A stretch of 32,000 nt of DNA from Vibrio alginolyticus NBRC 15630 = ATCC 17749 (GCF_000354175.2 NC_022349.1:3150001-3182000); one strand, 5' to 3'. Numbered from the stretch's first letter, positions 16,892 through 27,312 are shown. Notes: generated by a model not told the origin, from the sequence alone. Numbers and translations are program-made.

Positions 16892-17602
16892 ATGGCCGGA
16901 ATTAACAACGTTGGTCAAAGCGGCTTGTCCTATATCGACCAGCTTAAAAGTCTACAAGAGAGTAACAAGAAAGCGGAAGAGAGCACGGGTAAGCAGGACC
17001 TAAAACAGGAAGACTTCTTATCATTGCTCACGAAGCAACTGTCTCAGCAAGACCCTTTTAAGCCGGTAAGTAATGACCAGATGATTGCGCAAATGGCTTC
17101 ATTTGCGACCGTTGATGGCATTGGCAAGATGAACACTCAGTTTGAGAGTTTGAATTCGTCAATGACATCAAATCAAGCGTTACAAGCTTCCTCTTTGGTA
17201 GGGCGTGACGTATTGGTCCCAGGAGCAGCAGGTGTGAAGCAGGACGACGCTCCAATGGCGGCAATGGTTAAGCTTTCACAATCTATCGATAATCTGTTTG
17301 TTCGTGTAGAGGATGAAGCTGGCCAACTGGTTCGTACCTTTGAGGTAGGGGCGAAACCAGCCGGCGACACGCGTGTGCTTTGGGACGGTAAAGATGAAAG
17401 CGGAAATCCACTGCCAGCTGGCAAATACAAAGTGAAAGCGTCTGGCTTAGTTGAAGGGGAGTCGCAAGAGTTCCCAGTATCGACGTATGCCAACGTAAAC
17501 AGCGTATTGCTTGGCAAAGGTGACGGAAACGTATTACTCAATCTGGCTGGTTTTGAATCGCCAGTTCGACTTGCAGAAGTATTGGAAGTCGGCAAAGCGT
17601 AG
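16892..17602 (+). CDS. flgD: Flagellar hook capping / assembly protein FlgD
   Basis: It contains ..EDFLSLLTKQLSQQDPFKPVSNDQMIAQMASFATV.. plus a C-terminal FlgD Ig-like part. Confidence 0.95.
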   Translation: MAGINNVGQSGLSYIDQLKSLQESNKKAEESTGKQDLKQEDFLSLLTKQLSQQDPFKPVSNDQMIAQMASFATVDGIGKMNTQFESLNSSMTSNQALQASSLVGRDVLVPGAAGVKQDDAPMAAMVKLSQSIDNLFVRVEDEAGQLVRTFEVGAKPAGDTRVLWDGKDESGNPLPAGKYKVKASGLVEGESQEFPVSTYANVNSVLLGKGDGNVLLNLAGFESPVRLAEVLEVGKA

Positions 17603-17632
17603 TCATAGCTCGCTAGATTAGGAGATTTTGGA

Positions 17633-18946
17633 ATGTCATATGTATCTTTAAGCGGTTTGTCCGCCGCCCAACTGGATTTGAACACCACCAGTAACAACAT
17701 TGCTAACGCCAACACGTACGGCTTTAAAGAATCCCGTGCTGAGTTTGCTGATGTTTACTCTAACTCTTTATTTACTAACGCAAAAACCACGCCGGGTGGT
17801 GGTGCGCAAGCAAGCCAAGTGGCGCAGCAGTTCCATGAAGGCTCAAGCATTTACACCAACAACCCAATGGATCTGCGTGTTTCGGGGACAGGTTTCTTCG
17901 CCGTGGCGAAGGAGCGTCTGACTCCACAACAGAATGAACTGACACGTAATGGTGCATTCCATTTAAATAAAGAAAACTACATGGTGACCGCGAACGATGA
18001 GTTCTTATTAGGTTACCAAGTGGATCCAAGCTCTGGTGAGGTTTCTTCATACGAGCCACAACCCATCAATATTCCTGCTGAATTTGGTAAGCCAAAACAA
18101 ACAGCAAACATTGAAGTGGGTGTGAACTTGCCAGCGAACGGCGATTTGAAAGATCCAACGCAGTTTGATTTTTCAGACCCAGATACATACAACCGTTCAA
18201 CCTCTTCGACAATTTATGACTCGATGGGTCAGTCTTACAAGCTAACGACGTATTACTTGAAAGATCAGACTCAGCCAAATACATGGAACACTTACTACAC
18301 CGTGACAGATAAAGAAGGTGAAAAGCCTTTAAATGTTGCGGCTGGTGATGCGCAAACGCCAACAGGTCATGTGGGGCATACCATGAAGTTCAACAACGAT
18401 GGTACGTTGGCGAGCTTGAACAATGGTCAGCCAATCACTTCTGTGGCTCTGGGCGATCCGGCGACGAACACGACACCAGTCGATATGAATGGTGCCGATC
18501 CTGCGCAGACGCTTAACTTCGGCTTAGGCTCAGCAACACAGTTTGCGGCTCCGTTCGAACTGACTAAGTTTGACGAAGACGGTGCAACGACGGGCTTCCT
18601 AACCAAAGTTGACTTCGATGAAAACGGCAGCGTATTGGGAACTTACTCAAACGGTGAAAACGTTACATTGGGTCGTGTTGCTCTCGTACGTGTTCCAAAC
18701 GAGCAAGGTCTGGATAAGAAAGGCGGCACTCAATGGGATTCAACGCAGTTCTCTGGTGACAAGATCTGGGGTGAATCAAATAAAGGCTCTTTCGGCACCA
18801 TCAATAACGGTATGCTGGAACAGTCAAACATTGATATGACGCAGGAGTTGGTGGACCTGATCTCTGCTCAGCGTAACTTCCAAGCAAACTCACGTTCGCT
18901 AGAAGTACACAACCAACTACAACAGAATATCTTACAGATCCGCTAG
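17633..18946 (+). CDS. flgE: Flagellar hook protein FlgE
   Basis: The N-terminus is MSYVSLSGLSAAQLDLNTTSNNIANANTYGFKESRAEF and the C-terminus is ..LISAQRNFQANSRSLEVHNQLQQNILQIR. Confidence 0.96.
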   Translation: MSYVSLSGLSAAQLDLNTTSNNIANANTYGFKESRAEFADVYSNSLFTNAKTTPGGGAQASQVAQQFHEGSSIYTNNPMDLRVSGTGFFAVAKERLTPQQNELTRNGAFHLNKENYMVTANDEFLLGYQVDPSSGEVSSYEPQPINIPAEFGKPKQTANIEVGVNLPANGDLKDPTQFDFSDPDTYNRSTSSTIYDSMGQSYKLTTYYLKDQTQPNTWNTYYTVTDKEGEKPLNVAAGDAQTPTGHVGHTMKFNNDGTLASLNNGQPITSVALGDPATNTTPVDMNGADPAQTLNFGLGSATQFAAPFELTKFDEDGATTGFLTKVDFDENGSVLGTYSNGENVTLGRVALVRVPNEQGLDKKGGTQWDSTQFSGDKIWGESNKGSFGTINNGMLEQSNIDMTQELVDLISAQRNFQANSRSLEVHNQLQQNILQIR

Positions 18947-19048
18947 AGCACTAGCTGGGTCATTCGATACTCTGCTTGAGTAAGCAATGGCGTGTGATTG
19001 CTTCTTAGTAATTGCCGCTTTGTTCATTTTCATCATGACATTCATCTG

Positions 19049-19090
19049 ATGCTTAGCCTGAATACACCTCACTCAGGCTAAGCATGCTTT
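19049..19090 (+). terminator. Strong hairpin and probable terminator after flgE
   Basis: ATGCTTAGCCTGA-(11 nt)-TCAGGCTAAGCAT followed by GCTTTGATC: a 13-bp perfect stem with a weak T-tract. Confidence 0.55.
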
Positions 19091-19223
19091 GATCTACGAT
19101 TTGCCGCTGTTGCCGCCGTATGGATCAAAACCTTGCCTCTCGTTACAGTTTTCTGCCTCTATTGACCTCTTTTAATTGTTGATTTTTAATTCAAAGTATT
19201 GATTAATAAGTCTATTTTTGTTT

Positions 19224-19238
19224 TGGCATAACTATTGC
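19224..19238 (+). promoter_or_regulatory. sigma54 -24/-12 promoter of flgFGHIJ (TGGCAT-N5-TTGC)
   Basis: TGGCATAACTATTGC lies 39 nt upstream of the flgF ATG. Confidence 0.75.
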
Positions 19239-19276
19239 TTTTACTCCGTGTACAGAGAGATTTTTTGGAGTAATTT

Positions 19277-20026
19277 ATGGATCGCGCACTGTTTCTCGCA
19301 ATGAGTGGCGCCAAGCAAAATATGCAGGCACTACAATTGCGCGCTAATAACTTGGCTAACGTAAGCACGACCGGATTTCGGGCTGATTTAGCACAGGCTC
19401 GCTCAATGCAGGCTTATGGTGAAGGCCATCCTTCACGTGTATTCAGCATGACAGAGCGTCCAGGGCATAACTTTGCTCAAGGTAGCGTGATTACAACAGG
19501 GCGTGATCTGGATGTGACGATTGAAGGCAGCGGTTGGATATCGGTACTCGATCATACAGGGAAAGAAGGGTTGACCCGTAACGGCAACCTAAAAGTCGAT
19601 CAAAATGGCATGCTTACCAACGCAAGTGGTCATTTGGTGCTGGGTGAAAACGACGCGCCGATTACTTTGCCTATCCCTCTCTCCAAAATTGAAATCGGTC
19701 GGGATGGCACCATCTCTGTACTTCCTCAAGGTGCCCCGGCAGAAGAATTCCAAGCGGTTGATCGCATTAAGCTCGTTAAGCCTAATGATCAAAGCTTGTT
19801 TAAAGACACCAATGGCTTATTTCGCCATAAAACTCCAAACCAACCTTACGAAGCAGACGCGACTGTTAGTCTCCAGACGGGAGCGATAGAAGGCAGTAAC
19901 GTGAATGCCGTAGGTGAAATGACCGCATTGATTGACTTACAACGTCAGTTTGAAATGCAAGTCAAGATGATGAGCACAGCTGAAGAAATGGATAAATCTT
20001 CAGATTCACTGCTTCGTATGAGTTAA
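19277..20026 (+). CDS. flgF: Flagellar proximal rod protein FlgF
   Basis: It starts MDRALFLAMSGAKQNMQALQLRANNLANVSTTGFRAD.. and is 249 aa. Confidence 0.95.
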   Translation: MDRALFLAMSGAKQNMQALQLRANNLANVSTTGFRADLAQARSMQAYGEGHPSRVFSMTERPGHNFAQGSVITTGRDLDVTIEGSGWISVLDHTGKEGLTRNGNLKVDQNGMLTNASGHLVLGENDAPITLPIPLSKIEIGRDGTISVLPQGAPAEEFQAVDRIKLVKPNDQSLFKDTNGLFRHKTPNQPYEADATVSLQTGAIEGSNVNAVGEMTALIDLQRQFEMQVKMMSTAEEMDKSSDSLLRMS

Positions 20027-20044
20027 CAGAGTTAGAGGTTCACT

Positions 20045-20833
20045 ATGCATCCAGCACTATGGGTAAGTAAAACAGGTCTAGACGCCCAACAAACCAACAT
20101 TGCCACGATTTCGAACAACTTGGCGAACGCTTCTACTGTCGGCTACAAAAAGAGCCGTGCAGTATTCGAAGATTTGTTCTATCAGAACATCAACCAACCT
20201 GGCGGCCAGTCATCTCAGAACACGGAACTGCCAAGTGGTTTGATGTTAGGTGCGGGTTCTAAAGTGGTTGCGACGCAAAAAGTGCACACGCACGGCAATG
20301 CACAGACAACGACCAACGCACTGGACATGATGGTGGAAGGCGACGGTTTTTTCCAAGTGACATTGCCGGACGGCAACATCGGTTATACCCGTAACGGTCA
20401 GTTCACGCTAAATGGTGAAGGCACGTTAGTCACGTCGGGTTCTGGCTACCCTGTAGAGCCTGAAATTGTGATTCCAGAAGATGCGATTTCTATTACTGTC
20501 GGTACGGATGGTGAAGTGTCGGTTCGCGTCCGAGGTCAGCAAGACAACCAAGTCGTTGGTCAGCTAACCATTACAGATTTTGTTAACCCGGGCGGCCTAG
20601 AGCCAATTGGTCAGAACCTTTACTTACCAACGGGTGCCAGTGGCGATCCACAAGAGGGTGTTCCTGGTTTGGACGGTTTGGGTGAAATTCGTCAATCCAT
20701 GCTGGAAGCGTCCAACGTGAATGTAACGGAAGAGTTGGTCAACATGATCGAAGCCCAGCGCGTTTACGAAATGAACTCAAAAGTGATCTCGTCAGTCGAT
20801 AAAATGATGAGCTTCGTTAACCAGCAATTGTAA
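20045..20833 (+). CDS. flgG: Flagellar distal rod protein FlgG
   Basis: It starts MHPALWVSKTGLDAQQTNIATISNNLANASTVGYKKSRAVFEDL.. and contains ..MIEAQRVYEMNSKVI... Confidence 0.97.
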   Translation: MHPALWVSKTGLDAQQTNIATISNNLANASTVGYKKSRAVFEDLFYQNINQPGGQSSQNTELPSGLMLGAGSKVVATQKVHTHGNAQTTTNALDMMVEGDGFFQVTLPDGNIGYTRNGQFTLNGEGTLVTSGSGYPVEPEIVIPEDAISITVGTDGEVSVRVRGQQDNQVVGQLTITDFVNPGGLEPIGQNLYLPTGASGDPQEGVPGLDGLGEIRQSMLEASNVNVTEELVNMIEAQRVYEMNSKVISSVDKMMSFVNQQL

Positions 20834-20863
20834 CGATTAAGAGCAAGATTTGAGGAGCTCACG

Positions 20864-21643
20864 ATGAAACGTATTTGCCTACTCGCTTTGATTGCTACGA
20901 TGTCGGGCTGTGCCATGTTGGAACCGATTGAAACGGATGAAGTGACACAAGCAACCACTGTGGTCGACGCAGTAGAAGGCGATAAATCGAAAGAAGAGAG
21001 CAGCGGTATTGTAGATACTTTACGTGGTAGAAGCGATCCGGTTGCTGGCGACCCTGCTTGGGCTCCAATTCATCCGAAAAACAAACCTGAGCATTACGCT
21101 GCTGCAACAGGTTCGTTGTTTAGCGCCGAGCACATTACCGATCTCTACGACGATTCTAAACCACGTGGTATTGGCGACATTATTACCGTAACACTGGATG
21201 AGACAACCAGTGCGACGAAAAGCGCAAATGCCGATTTATCGAAAACCAATGAAGCGCAAATGGACCCGCTTCAAGTGGGCGGAGAAGAGCTGCAAATTGG
21301 CGGAAAATATAATTTCTCTTATGACTTAAACAATTCCAACTCATTTGCAGGTGACTCTTCTGCAAAGCAGAGCAACAGCATCAGTGGTTACATCACTGTT
21401 GAGGTGATTGAAGTACTGGCAAACGGGAACCTCGTGATCCGCGGTGAGAAGTGGATGACGCTAAATACAGGTGATGAGTACATACGTTTAAGTGGCACTA
21501 TTCGTCCGGATGATATTAATTTCGACAACACCATTGCATCAAATCGTGTTTCTAACGCAAGAATTCAATACTCAGGGACTGGTTTGCAACAAGATATGCA
21601 AGAGCCAGGCTTCTTGGCACGATTCTTTAATGTAGCGCTATAA
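20864..21643 (+). CDS. flgH: Flagellar L-ring lipoprotein FlgH
   Basis: It has the lipobox ATMSGC and the motifs ..[18 protein letters not shown].. and ..[11 protein letters not shown]... Confidence 0.96.
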   Translation: MKRICLLALIATMSGCAMLEPIETDEVTQATTVVDAVEGDKSKEESSGIVDTLRGRSDPVAGDPAWAPIHPKNKPEHYAAATGSLFSAEHITDLYDDSKPRGIGDIITVTLDETTSATKSANADLSKTNEAQMDPLQVGGEELQIGGKYNFSYDLNNSNSFAGDSSAKQSNSISGYITVEVIEVLANGNLVIRGEKWMTLNTGDEYIRLSGTIRPDDINFDNTIASNRVSNARIQYSGTGLQQDMQEPGFLARFFNVAL

Positions 21644-21686
21644 CACGCCGTTCTGACGGCAATTTGACTGCAAGAGATAAGTAAGC

Positions 21687-22778
21687 ATGAAAAAACTCCT
21701 TTTAGTACTGATGAGCGTTGCTCTGTTTTCTACCGTAGCCCAAGCCGCACGTATCAAAGACGTCGCGCAAGTGGCAGGTGTACGAAGCAACCAACTCGTG
21801 GGTTATGGTTTGGTTTCAGGCTTACCTGGTACGGGTGAAGCGAACCCGTTTACAGAGCAAAGTTTCGCCGCCATGCTGCAAAACTTCGGCATTCAGATGC
21901 CGCCGGGCACAAAGCCAAAAATTAAAAACGTTGCCGCAGTCATGGTTACGGCAGAGTTGCCGCCTTTCTCTAAACCGGGTCAGCAAGTGGACGTGACTGT
22001 CTCTTCCATCGGAAGTGCTAAAAGTTTGCGTGGTGGTACGCTACTACAAACGTTCCTCAAAGGTCTCGACGGTCAAGTTTACGCGGTTGCTCAAGGTAAC
22101 TTAGTGGTGAGCGGCTTCAGTGCTGAAGGCGCTGACGGTTCTAAAATCGTAGGTAACAATCCAACCGTTGGTCTTATCTCTAGTGGTGCGACAGTAGAGC
22201 GAGAAATTCCAAACCCATTTGGTCGTGGTGATTACATCACGTTCAACTTGCTTGAGTCAGACTTCACAACGGCTCAACGTATGGCGGATGCTGTAAACAA
22301 CTTCCTTGGCCCACAAATGGCGAGCGCTGTTGACGCGACATCAGTGCGCGTGCGTGCTCCTCGTGACGTCAGTCAGCGTGTTGCGTTCTTATCGGCAATC
22401 GAAAACCTAGAATTCGACCCGGCAGATGGTGCAGCCAAAATCATCGTTAACTCACGAACGGGCACTATTGTAGTTGGTAAGCATGTACGTCTTAAACCAG
22501 CAGCAGTAACGCATGGCGGCATGACGGTTGCGATCAAAGAAAACCTGAATGTTAGCCAACCTAACGGCTTTTCTGGTGGGCAAACCGTAGTCGTACCAGA
22601 CTCGGATATCGAAGTCAGCGAAGAGCAAGGAAAAATGTTTAAGTTCGAACCAGGCTTAACGTTGGATGATTTGGTCCGTGCCGTGAACCAAGTCGGGGCT
22701 GCGCCTTCGGACTTGATGGCAATTTTACAAGCATTGAAGCAAGCTGGTGCCATTGAAGGCCAGTTGATCATCATTTAA
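21687..22778 (+). CDS. flgI: Flagellar P-ring protein FlgI
   Basis: It has a signal peptide, then [30 protein letters not shown], and ends ..[14 protein letters not shown]. Confidence 0.97.
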   Translation: MKKLLLVLMSVALFSTVAQAARIKDVAQVAGVRSNQLVGYGLVSGLPGTGEANPFTEQSFAAMLQNFGIQMPPGTKPKIKNVAAVMVTAELPPFSKPGQQVDVTVSSIGSAKSLRGGTLLQTFLKGLDGQVYAVAQGNLVVSGFSAEGADGSKIVGNNPTVGLISSGATVEREIPNPFGRGDYITFNLLESDFTTAQRMADAVNNFLGPQMASAVDATSVRVRAPRDVSQRVAFLSAIENLEFDPADGAAKIIVNSRTGTIVVGKHVRLKPAAVTHGGMTVAIKENLNVSQPNGFSGGQTVVVPDSDIEVSEEQGKMFKFEPGLTLDDLVRAVNQVGAAPSDLMAILQALKQAGAIEGQLIII

Positions 22779-22797
22779 TGGTTAGGAGGTAGGTATA

Positions 22798-23721
22798 ATG
22801 AACAATCCTAACGACATTGGTTTTATCCATGACATCAGTTCTCTGGACACTCTGCGTCAAAAAGCAGTGAAAGAGGGAAAAGATGGCGAGCAAGAAGCAT
22901 TGCATGCGGCTGCTCGTCAGTTCGAATCGATCTTCACCTCCATGATGTTGAAATCCATGCGTGAAGCCAATGAGGGCTTTGAGTCCAACATGATGAACAG
23001 CCAAAACGAGAAGTTCTACCGACAAATGTTGGATGAACAGATGGCGAGTGAATTGAGTTCGTCTGGTTCAATGGGACTGGCCGATATGATTGTTAAGCAA
23101 TTAACGGCTGGGCAAGGGAACGACAAAAAAGAAACGGCTATGCGTGATGCGGCAAACAATGCTGCGGAATATCGTCGTGTTGACCCGAAAAAAGCGCGCG
23201 AGATTGAACAGCGCTTGATTGAATCTGGTCAACTATCTCGACCAAGCAATGAACCCACTCGATTCGATTCACCAGAATCCTTTGTTAACTCGATGAAGCC
23301 ATACGCGGAGAAAGCTGCGAAAGCCCTAGGTGTCGAGCCATCTTTGCTACTTGCGCAAGCCGCTTTGGAAACGGGGTGGGGACAAAAGGTCGTGAAGAAC
23401 GCGCGTGGCAGCAGCAACAACTTATTTAATATCAAAGCAGATCGAAGCTGGCAGGGTGACAAAGTGACGACTCAAACTTTAGAGTTCCACGATAACACGC
23501 CAGTGAAAGAGACGGCAGTGTTTCGCTCCTACTCAAGTTACGAAGACAGCTTTAATGACTTTGTACGATTTTTGAATGACAACCCACGTTACGATACAGC
23601 ATTGCAGCAACGCGGGAATTCAGAGTCGTTTATTCGCGGTATCCACAGTGCGGGTTACGCGACCGATCCGAATTACGCAGATAAAGTCCTGCAGGTGAAG
23701 GATAAAATCGAAAGTATGTAA
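22798..23721 (+). CDS. flgJ: Flagellar rod assembly protein / peptidoglycan hydrolase FlgJ
   Basis: The N-terminal rod-binding part reads ..AARQFESIFTSMMLKSMREA... The C-terminal glucosaminidase domain has ..LLLAQAALETGWG..NNLFNIK..GYATDPNYADKV... Confidence 0.95.
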   Translation: MNNPNDIGFIHDISSLDTLRQKAVKEGKDGEQEALHAAARQFESIFTSMMLKSMREANEGFESNMMNSQNEKFYRQMLDEQMASELSSSGSMGLADMIVKQLTAGQGNDKKETAMRDAANNAAEYRRVDPKKAREIEQRLIESGQLSRPSNEPTRFDSPESFVNSMKPYAEKAAKALGVEPSLLLAQAALETGWGQKVVKNARGSSNNLFNIKADRSWQGDKVTTQTLEFHDNTPVKETAVFRSYSSYEDSFNDFVRFLNDNPRYDTALQQRGNSESFIRGIHSAGYATDPNYADKVLQVKDKIESM

Positions 23722-23749
23722 TGTTTCTGCGACAATTTATGACGTTCTC

Positions 23750-23775
23750 GAAGGCTTGCCATAGTGCAAGCCTTC
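23750..23775 (+). terminator. Hairpin after flgJ (possible terminator or attenuator)
   Basis: GAAGGCTTGC-catagt-GCAAGCCTTC is a 10-bp perfect stem, but the trailing ACTTTATCT is a poor T-tract. Confidence 0.45.
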
Positions 23776-23808
23776 ACTTTATCTGAACATCTACGCCTTT
23801 CTATCACT

Positions 23809-23823
23809 TGGCACATCTTTTGC
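23809..23823 (+). promoter_or_regulatory. sigma54 -24/-12 promoter of flgKL (TGGCAC-N5-TTGC)
   Basis: TGGCACATCTTTTGC is a consensus match, 59 nt upstream of the flgK ATG. Confidence 0.8.
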
Positions 23824-23881
23824 TTTTAATGTGTCTAGGTGATCGGTTTTGCCGATTTATATTTCGTTTTCGGGGGCATGT

Positions 23882-25822
23882 ATGGCGTCAGATCTTCTGA
23901 ATGTAGGTACTCAAAGTGTGCTTACTGCTCAGAGACAATTAAACACCACTGGTCATAACATTTCTAATGTTAATACAGAGGGTTATAGCCGTCAGTCTGT
24001 TATCCAAGGCACGAATGATCCGCGCATGTTTGGTGGTTCTACCTACGGCATGGGTGTGCATGTGGAAAATGTTCGCCGCTCGTGGGATCAGTTTGCCGTG
24101 AATGAACTGAACCTGTCGTCGACCAACAATGCCAACAAAACGGATACCCAAGACAATCTTGATATGCTCTCTAGCATGTTGAGCTCCGTAGCATCGAAGA
24201 AAATTCCTGAGAACCTGAATGAGTGGTTCGATGCGGTAAAAACCATGGCAGATACCCCGAACGATTTAGGGGCACGAAAAGTGGTATTGGAAAAGGCGAA
24301 AATCTTCTCTGATACATTAAATGATTTCCACGAAACCGTGCGACTGCAATCTGATGTCACCAATAAAAAATTGGATATGGGCATTGAGCGCGTTAACCAA
24401 CTTGCGTTGGAAATTCGCGATATTCATCGACTGATGATGCGTACTCCCGGTCCACATAATGACCTGATGGATCAGCATGAAAAGCTGGTTACTGAGCTGT
24501 CAGAGTACACCAAAGTTACCGTAACCCCACGCAAAAATGCCGAAGGGTTTAATGTTCATATCGGCAATGGACACACTCTTGTTTCTGGCACGGAAGCAAG
24601 CCAGCTCAAAATGATCGATGGCTATCCGGATGTTCATCAAAGACGCTTAGCAATGGTGGAAGGGGATGGCATTAAAGCGATCAAGTCTGACGACATGGAT
24701 GGCAAAATCGGCGCTTTGCTTGAAATGCGCGACAAACACATTCCACAACTGCAAGATGAAATGGGCCGTTTAGCGACGGGTTTCTCCTACAAAATTAATC
24801 AGCTGCAATCTCAAGGTCTGGATCTTAACGGTAAGATAGGTAAAGACGTATTTACCGACGTGAACTCTGAGCTGGTGGCAAAATCTCGAGTTTTTGCTGC
24901 GCCTGACTCTCAAGCTGATGTTGCGGTTTACATTGATGATATTTCAGCGATCAAAGGTGGTGAATATTCGCTACGTTATGATGGCGACCAGTATAGCGTG
25001 ACAACACCGAAAGGTGAGCAAATGTCGTTGAACATTGATCAATCAGATTCTTCGTTTGTTCTGGATGGTATGAAAGTGCAAATCGGTGAAGGTCTTGCCG
25101 CTGGTGAGCGCGTATTATTGCGCCCAACACGAAGTGGCGCAGCCATCATCAAGATGGAAACCAATGATGCAAAAGCCATTGCCGCGCAAAGTTATGAAGC
25201 TTCAACCACTTTTGCTCAAGGTAACGCCAAGTTCAAAATTCGTGAGGCGGGGGATGTTAAAGAGTTTGAGGTCACCGTACAACCAGCCGACGAGAAACAT
25301 GATAAGCCATGGTTAAAGATCACGGACAACAAAGGCAATTTGCTATCGGACAAATACTCATACCCGCTAGACAAAGATAACCCGATGATTGAAATCTCAG
25401 TGCCGAAAAGTCATCCGCTGTATAAAAATGGCGATGCGACTGTATTTGAGCTGAGCGAAGGTGCGCTGATGAATGACAAGTTCACCGCGAACTTGGTGCC
25501 TTCGGAAGGTGGTAATGGCAACTTGAGAAAAATGCAGAAGATCCAAACAGATAAGATGATGGACGGAAAATCCAGTACTTTGATCGATGTTTATCACAAC
25601 CTCAATACCGAAGTCGGATTGAAATCTTCTACAGCAAACCGATTAGCCTCTGTCGCTCGCTTAGAGCATGAGGCGGCACAAGAGCGCGTTGCTTCTATCT
25701 CTGGCGTTAACCTCGATGAAGAAGCGGCCAACATGATGAAGTTTCAACAAGCGTACATGGCTTCATCACGTGTGATGCAAGCGGCGAATGATACCTTCAA
25801 TACCATTTTACAACTGAGGTAA
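23882..25822 (+). CDS. flgK: Flagellar hook-filament junction protein 1, FlgK
   Basis: It starts MASDLLNVGTQSVLTAQRQLNTTGHNISNVNTEGYSRQ with a GGGGGC SD. The C-terminus is ..EEAANMMKFQQAYMASSRVMQAANDTFNTILQLR. The ORF-track TTG start at 23849 is rejected. Confidence 0.95.
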   Translation: MASDLLNVGTQSVLTAQRQLNTTGHNISNVNTEGYSRQSVIQGTNDPRMFGGSTYGMGVHVENVRRSWDQFAVNELNLSSTNNANKTDTQDNLDMLSSMLSSVASKKIPENLNEWFDAVKTMADTPNDLGARKVVLEKAKIFSDTLNDFHETVRLQSDVTNKKLDMGIERVNQLALEIRDIHRLMMRTPGPHNDLMDQHEKLVTELSEYTKVTVTPRKNAEGFNVHIGNGHTLVSGTEASQLKMIDGYPDVHQRRLAMVEGDGIKAIKSDDMDGKIGALLEMRDKHIPQLQDEMGRLATGFSYKINQLQSQGLDLNGKIGKDVFTDVNSELVAKSRVFAAPDSQADVAVYIDDISAIKGGEYSLRYDGDQYSVTTPKGEQMSLNIDQSDSSFVLDGMKVQIGEGLAAGERVLLRPTRSGAAIIKMETNDAKAIAAQSYEASTTFAQGNAKFKIREAGDVKEFEVTVQPADEKHDKPWLKITDNKGNLLSDKYSYPLDKDNPMIEISVPKSHPLYKNGDATVFELSEGALMNDKFTANLVPSEGGNGNLRKMQKIQTDKMMDGKSSTLIDVYHNLNTEVGLKSSTANRLASVARLEHEAAQERVASISGVNLDEEAANMMKFQQAYMASSRVMQAANDTFNTILQLR

Positions 25823-25835
25823 GGAGAAGAGATAA

Positions 25836-27029
25836 GTGCTAACCCGAATTTCTAGTTTCCATAACTATCAGTCCGTACAAAATGATTTGCGTCGTCAAGA
25901 GAATAAGGTTCACCACAACCAAGAGCAACTTGCTTCAGGGAAAAAGTTACTGAAACCTAGTGACGACCCCCTCGCTGCGCATTACATCCAAAACATTAGT
26001 CAGCAACAAGAGCAGCTACAACAATATCTTAGCTCTATAGTGTTGGTGCGTAATCGTCTAGAAAACCACGAAGTTAATATCGCCAATGCGGAGAATTTTG
26101 CCGACGAGTCGAAGCGCTTAACGATGGAGATGATTAACGGTGCCTTTTCTGCTGAAGACCGACAAGCAAAGAAGCGTGAGTTAGAAGAGATTGCGAACAA
26201 CTTCCTTAACTTAGTGAACTCGCAAGATGAATCTGGTAACTACGTGTTTGCGGGTACTAAGCCAAAAAGCCAACCATTCTATCGCGATAAAGACGGTAGT
26301 GTTCAATACGCTGGGGACGATTATCAGCGCAAAATGAAAGTCTCCAGCATGCTTGAGATGCCAATGAACGATCCTGGCAGCAAGCTGTTTATGGAGATAC
26401 CAAACCCATTTGGCGATTATCAGCCGAATTACGATCTACAAAACGGCTCTGAGCTGTTGCTAAACAAAGCTACTAACGTTGACGCTAAGGATGATGCGGC
26501 GTATCGCGTGACATTTGTCGATATGAATAACGGCAAATTTGGTTACCAATTAGAGCGTAACGGCAAAGTAGTGGATGCCGATGAGTTTTCTCCAGAGAAA
26601 GGGATTGAATACAAAGGCCTGAAAGTGCACGTAAAAGGCCAAATTACGCCTGGTGACAGCATTGAGATCGAAAAGCGGGCAGAGTTCAGCATTTTCGATA
26701 CCTTCAAGGATGCAATGGCATGGTCAGACAAATCGGTTTCGGATACGTCGGCGACTGCTAAATTGCACCAAATGACAGAAGAATTCCACGCTGCTTTTAT
26801 CCATTTGAATAAAGCGCGTACAGATGCCGGTGCTCGATTGAGTACGCTGGATATCCAAGAGCAAAATCATGAAGACTTTAATTTGTCTCTGGCAAAAGCG
26901 AAGAGCAACTTTGAGGACTTGGATTACTCTAAAGCCGTGATCGAGTTCAGTGAAAACTCGCGAGCGTTACAGGCATCGCAACAAGCATTCGGTAAGACCA
27001 AAGATCTAACGTTGTTTAACTACATCTAG
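25836..27029 (+). CDS. flgL: Flagellar hook-filament junction protein 3, FlgL
   Basis: It has a GTG start after an AAGGAGAAG SD. It reads MLTRISSFHNYQSVQNDLRRQ..SGKKLLKPSDDPLAA.. and is flagellin-like at both termini. Confidence 0.93.
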   Translation: MLTRISSFHNYQSVQNDLRRQENKVHHNQEQLASGKKLLKPSDDPLAAHYIQNISQQQEQLQQYLSSIVLVRNRLENHEVNIANAENFADESKRLTMEMINGAFSAEDRQAKKRELEEIANNFLNLVNSQDESGNYVFAGTKPKSQPFYRDKDGSVQYAGDDYQRKMKVSSMLEMPMNDPGSKLFMEIPNPFGDYQPNYDLQNGSELLLNKATNVDAKDDAAYRVTFVDMNNGKFGYQLERNGKVVDADEFSPEKGIEYKGLKVHVKGQITPGDSIEIEKRAEFSIFDTFKDAMAWSDKSVSDTSATAKLHQMTEEFHAAFIHLNKARTDAGARLSTLDIQEQNHEDFNLSLAKAKSNFEDLDYSKAVIEFSENSRALQASQQAFGKTKDLTLFNYI

Positions 27030-27297
27030 TATGACACTCATACACATTGTCTGATTTTGATGCCTTATGTGCAAAGCCTTAAGCGCGATAAGTCGACGTA
27101 ACCTGAGAGTCTGAGATGTCATGCGGCACGATTTTACCCAAAGCGGCAATGATGCGGGAGGCAAGTCGGGCGGCAACAGGGCAGCGTTCAATACCCTTGG
27201 GCTAAGATGAGGCTGACAAACCGGAAATAGCTTAATGATAAGGCTAACTTATTGTTTATTTGATTCTTTTAAAAGTAGTTAAATAATTTACGCAAGT

Positions 27298-27312
27298 TGG
27301 CACACAAATTGT
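27298..27312 (+). promoter_or_regulatory. sigma54-like -24/-12 element upstream of the first flagellin (TGGCAC-N5-TTGT; the -12 GC is degenerate)
   Basis: TGGCACACAAATTGT has a perfect -24 half and TTGT instead of TTGC at -12. It lies 145 nt upstream of the ATG. I found no sigma28 match in this spacer. Confidence 0.45.

Noticed and set aside
17173-17715. 180-aa ORF on the minus strand overlapping flgD and the start of flgE
   Set aside because: It is fully antisense to two well-supported flagellar genes. Its composition is S/T/P/A-rich and low-complexity, as is typical of the antisense frame of coding DNA, and it has no SD. I treat it as a frame shadow.
22373-22774. 133-aa minus-strand ORF inside flgI
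   Set aside because: It is antisense to a confidently identified gene, has no start context and has unnatural composition.
27006-27191. 61-aa minus-strand ORF after flgL
   Set aside because: It overlaps the flgL 3' end in antisense, has P/L-rich odd composition and has no SD.
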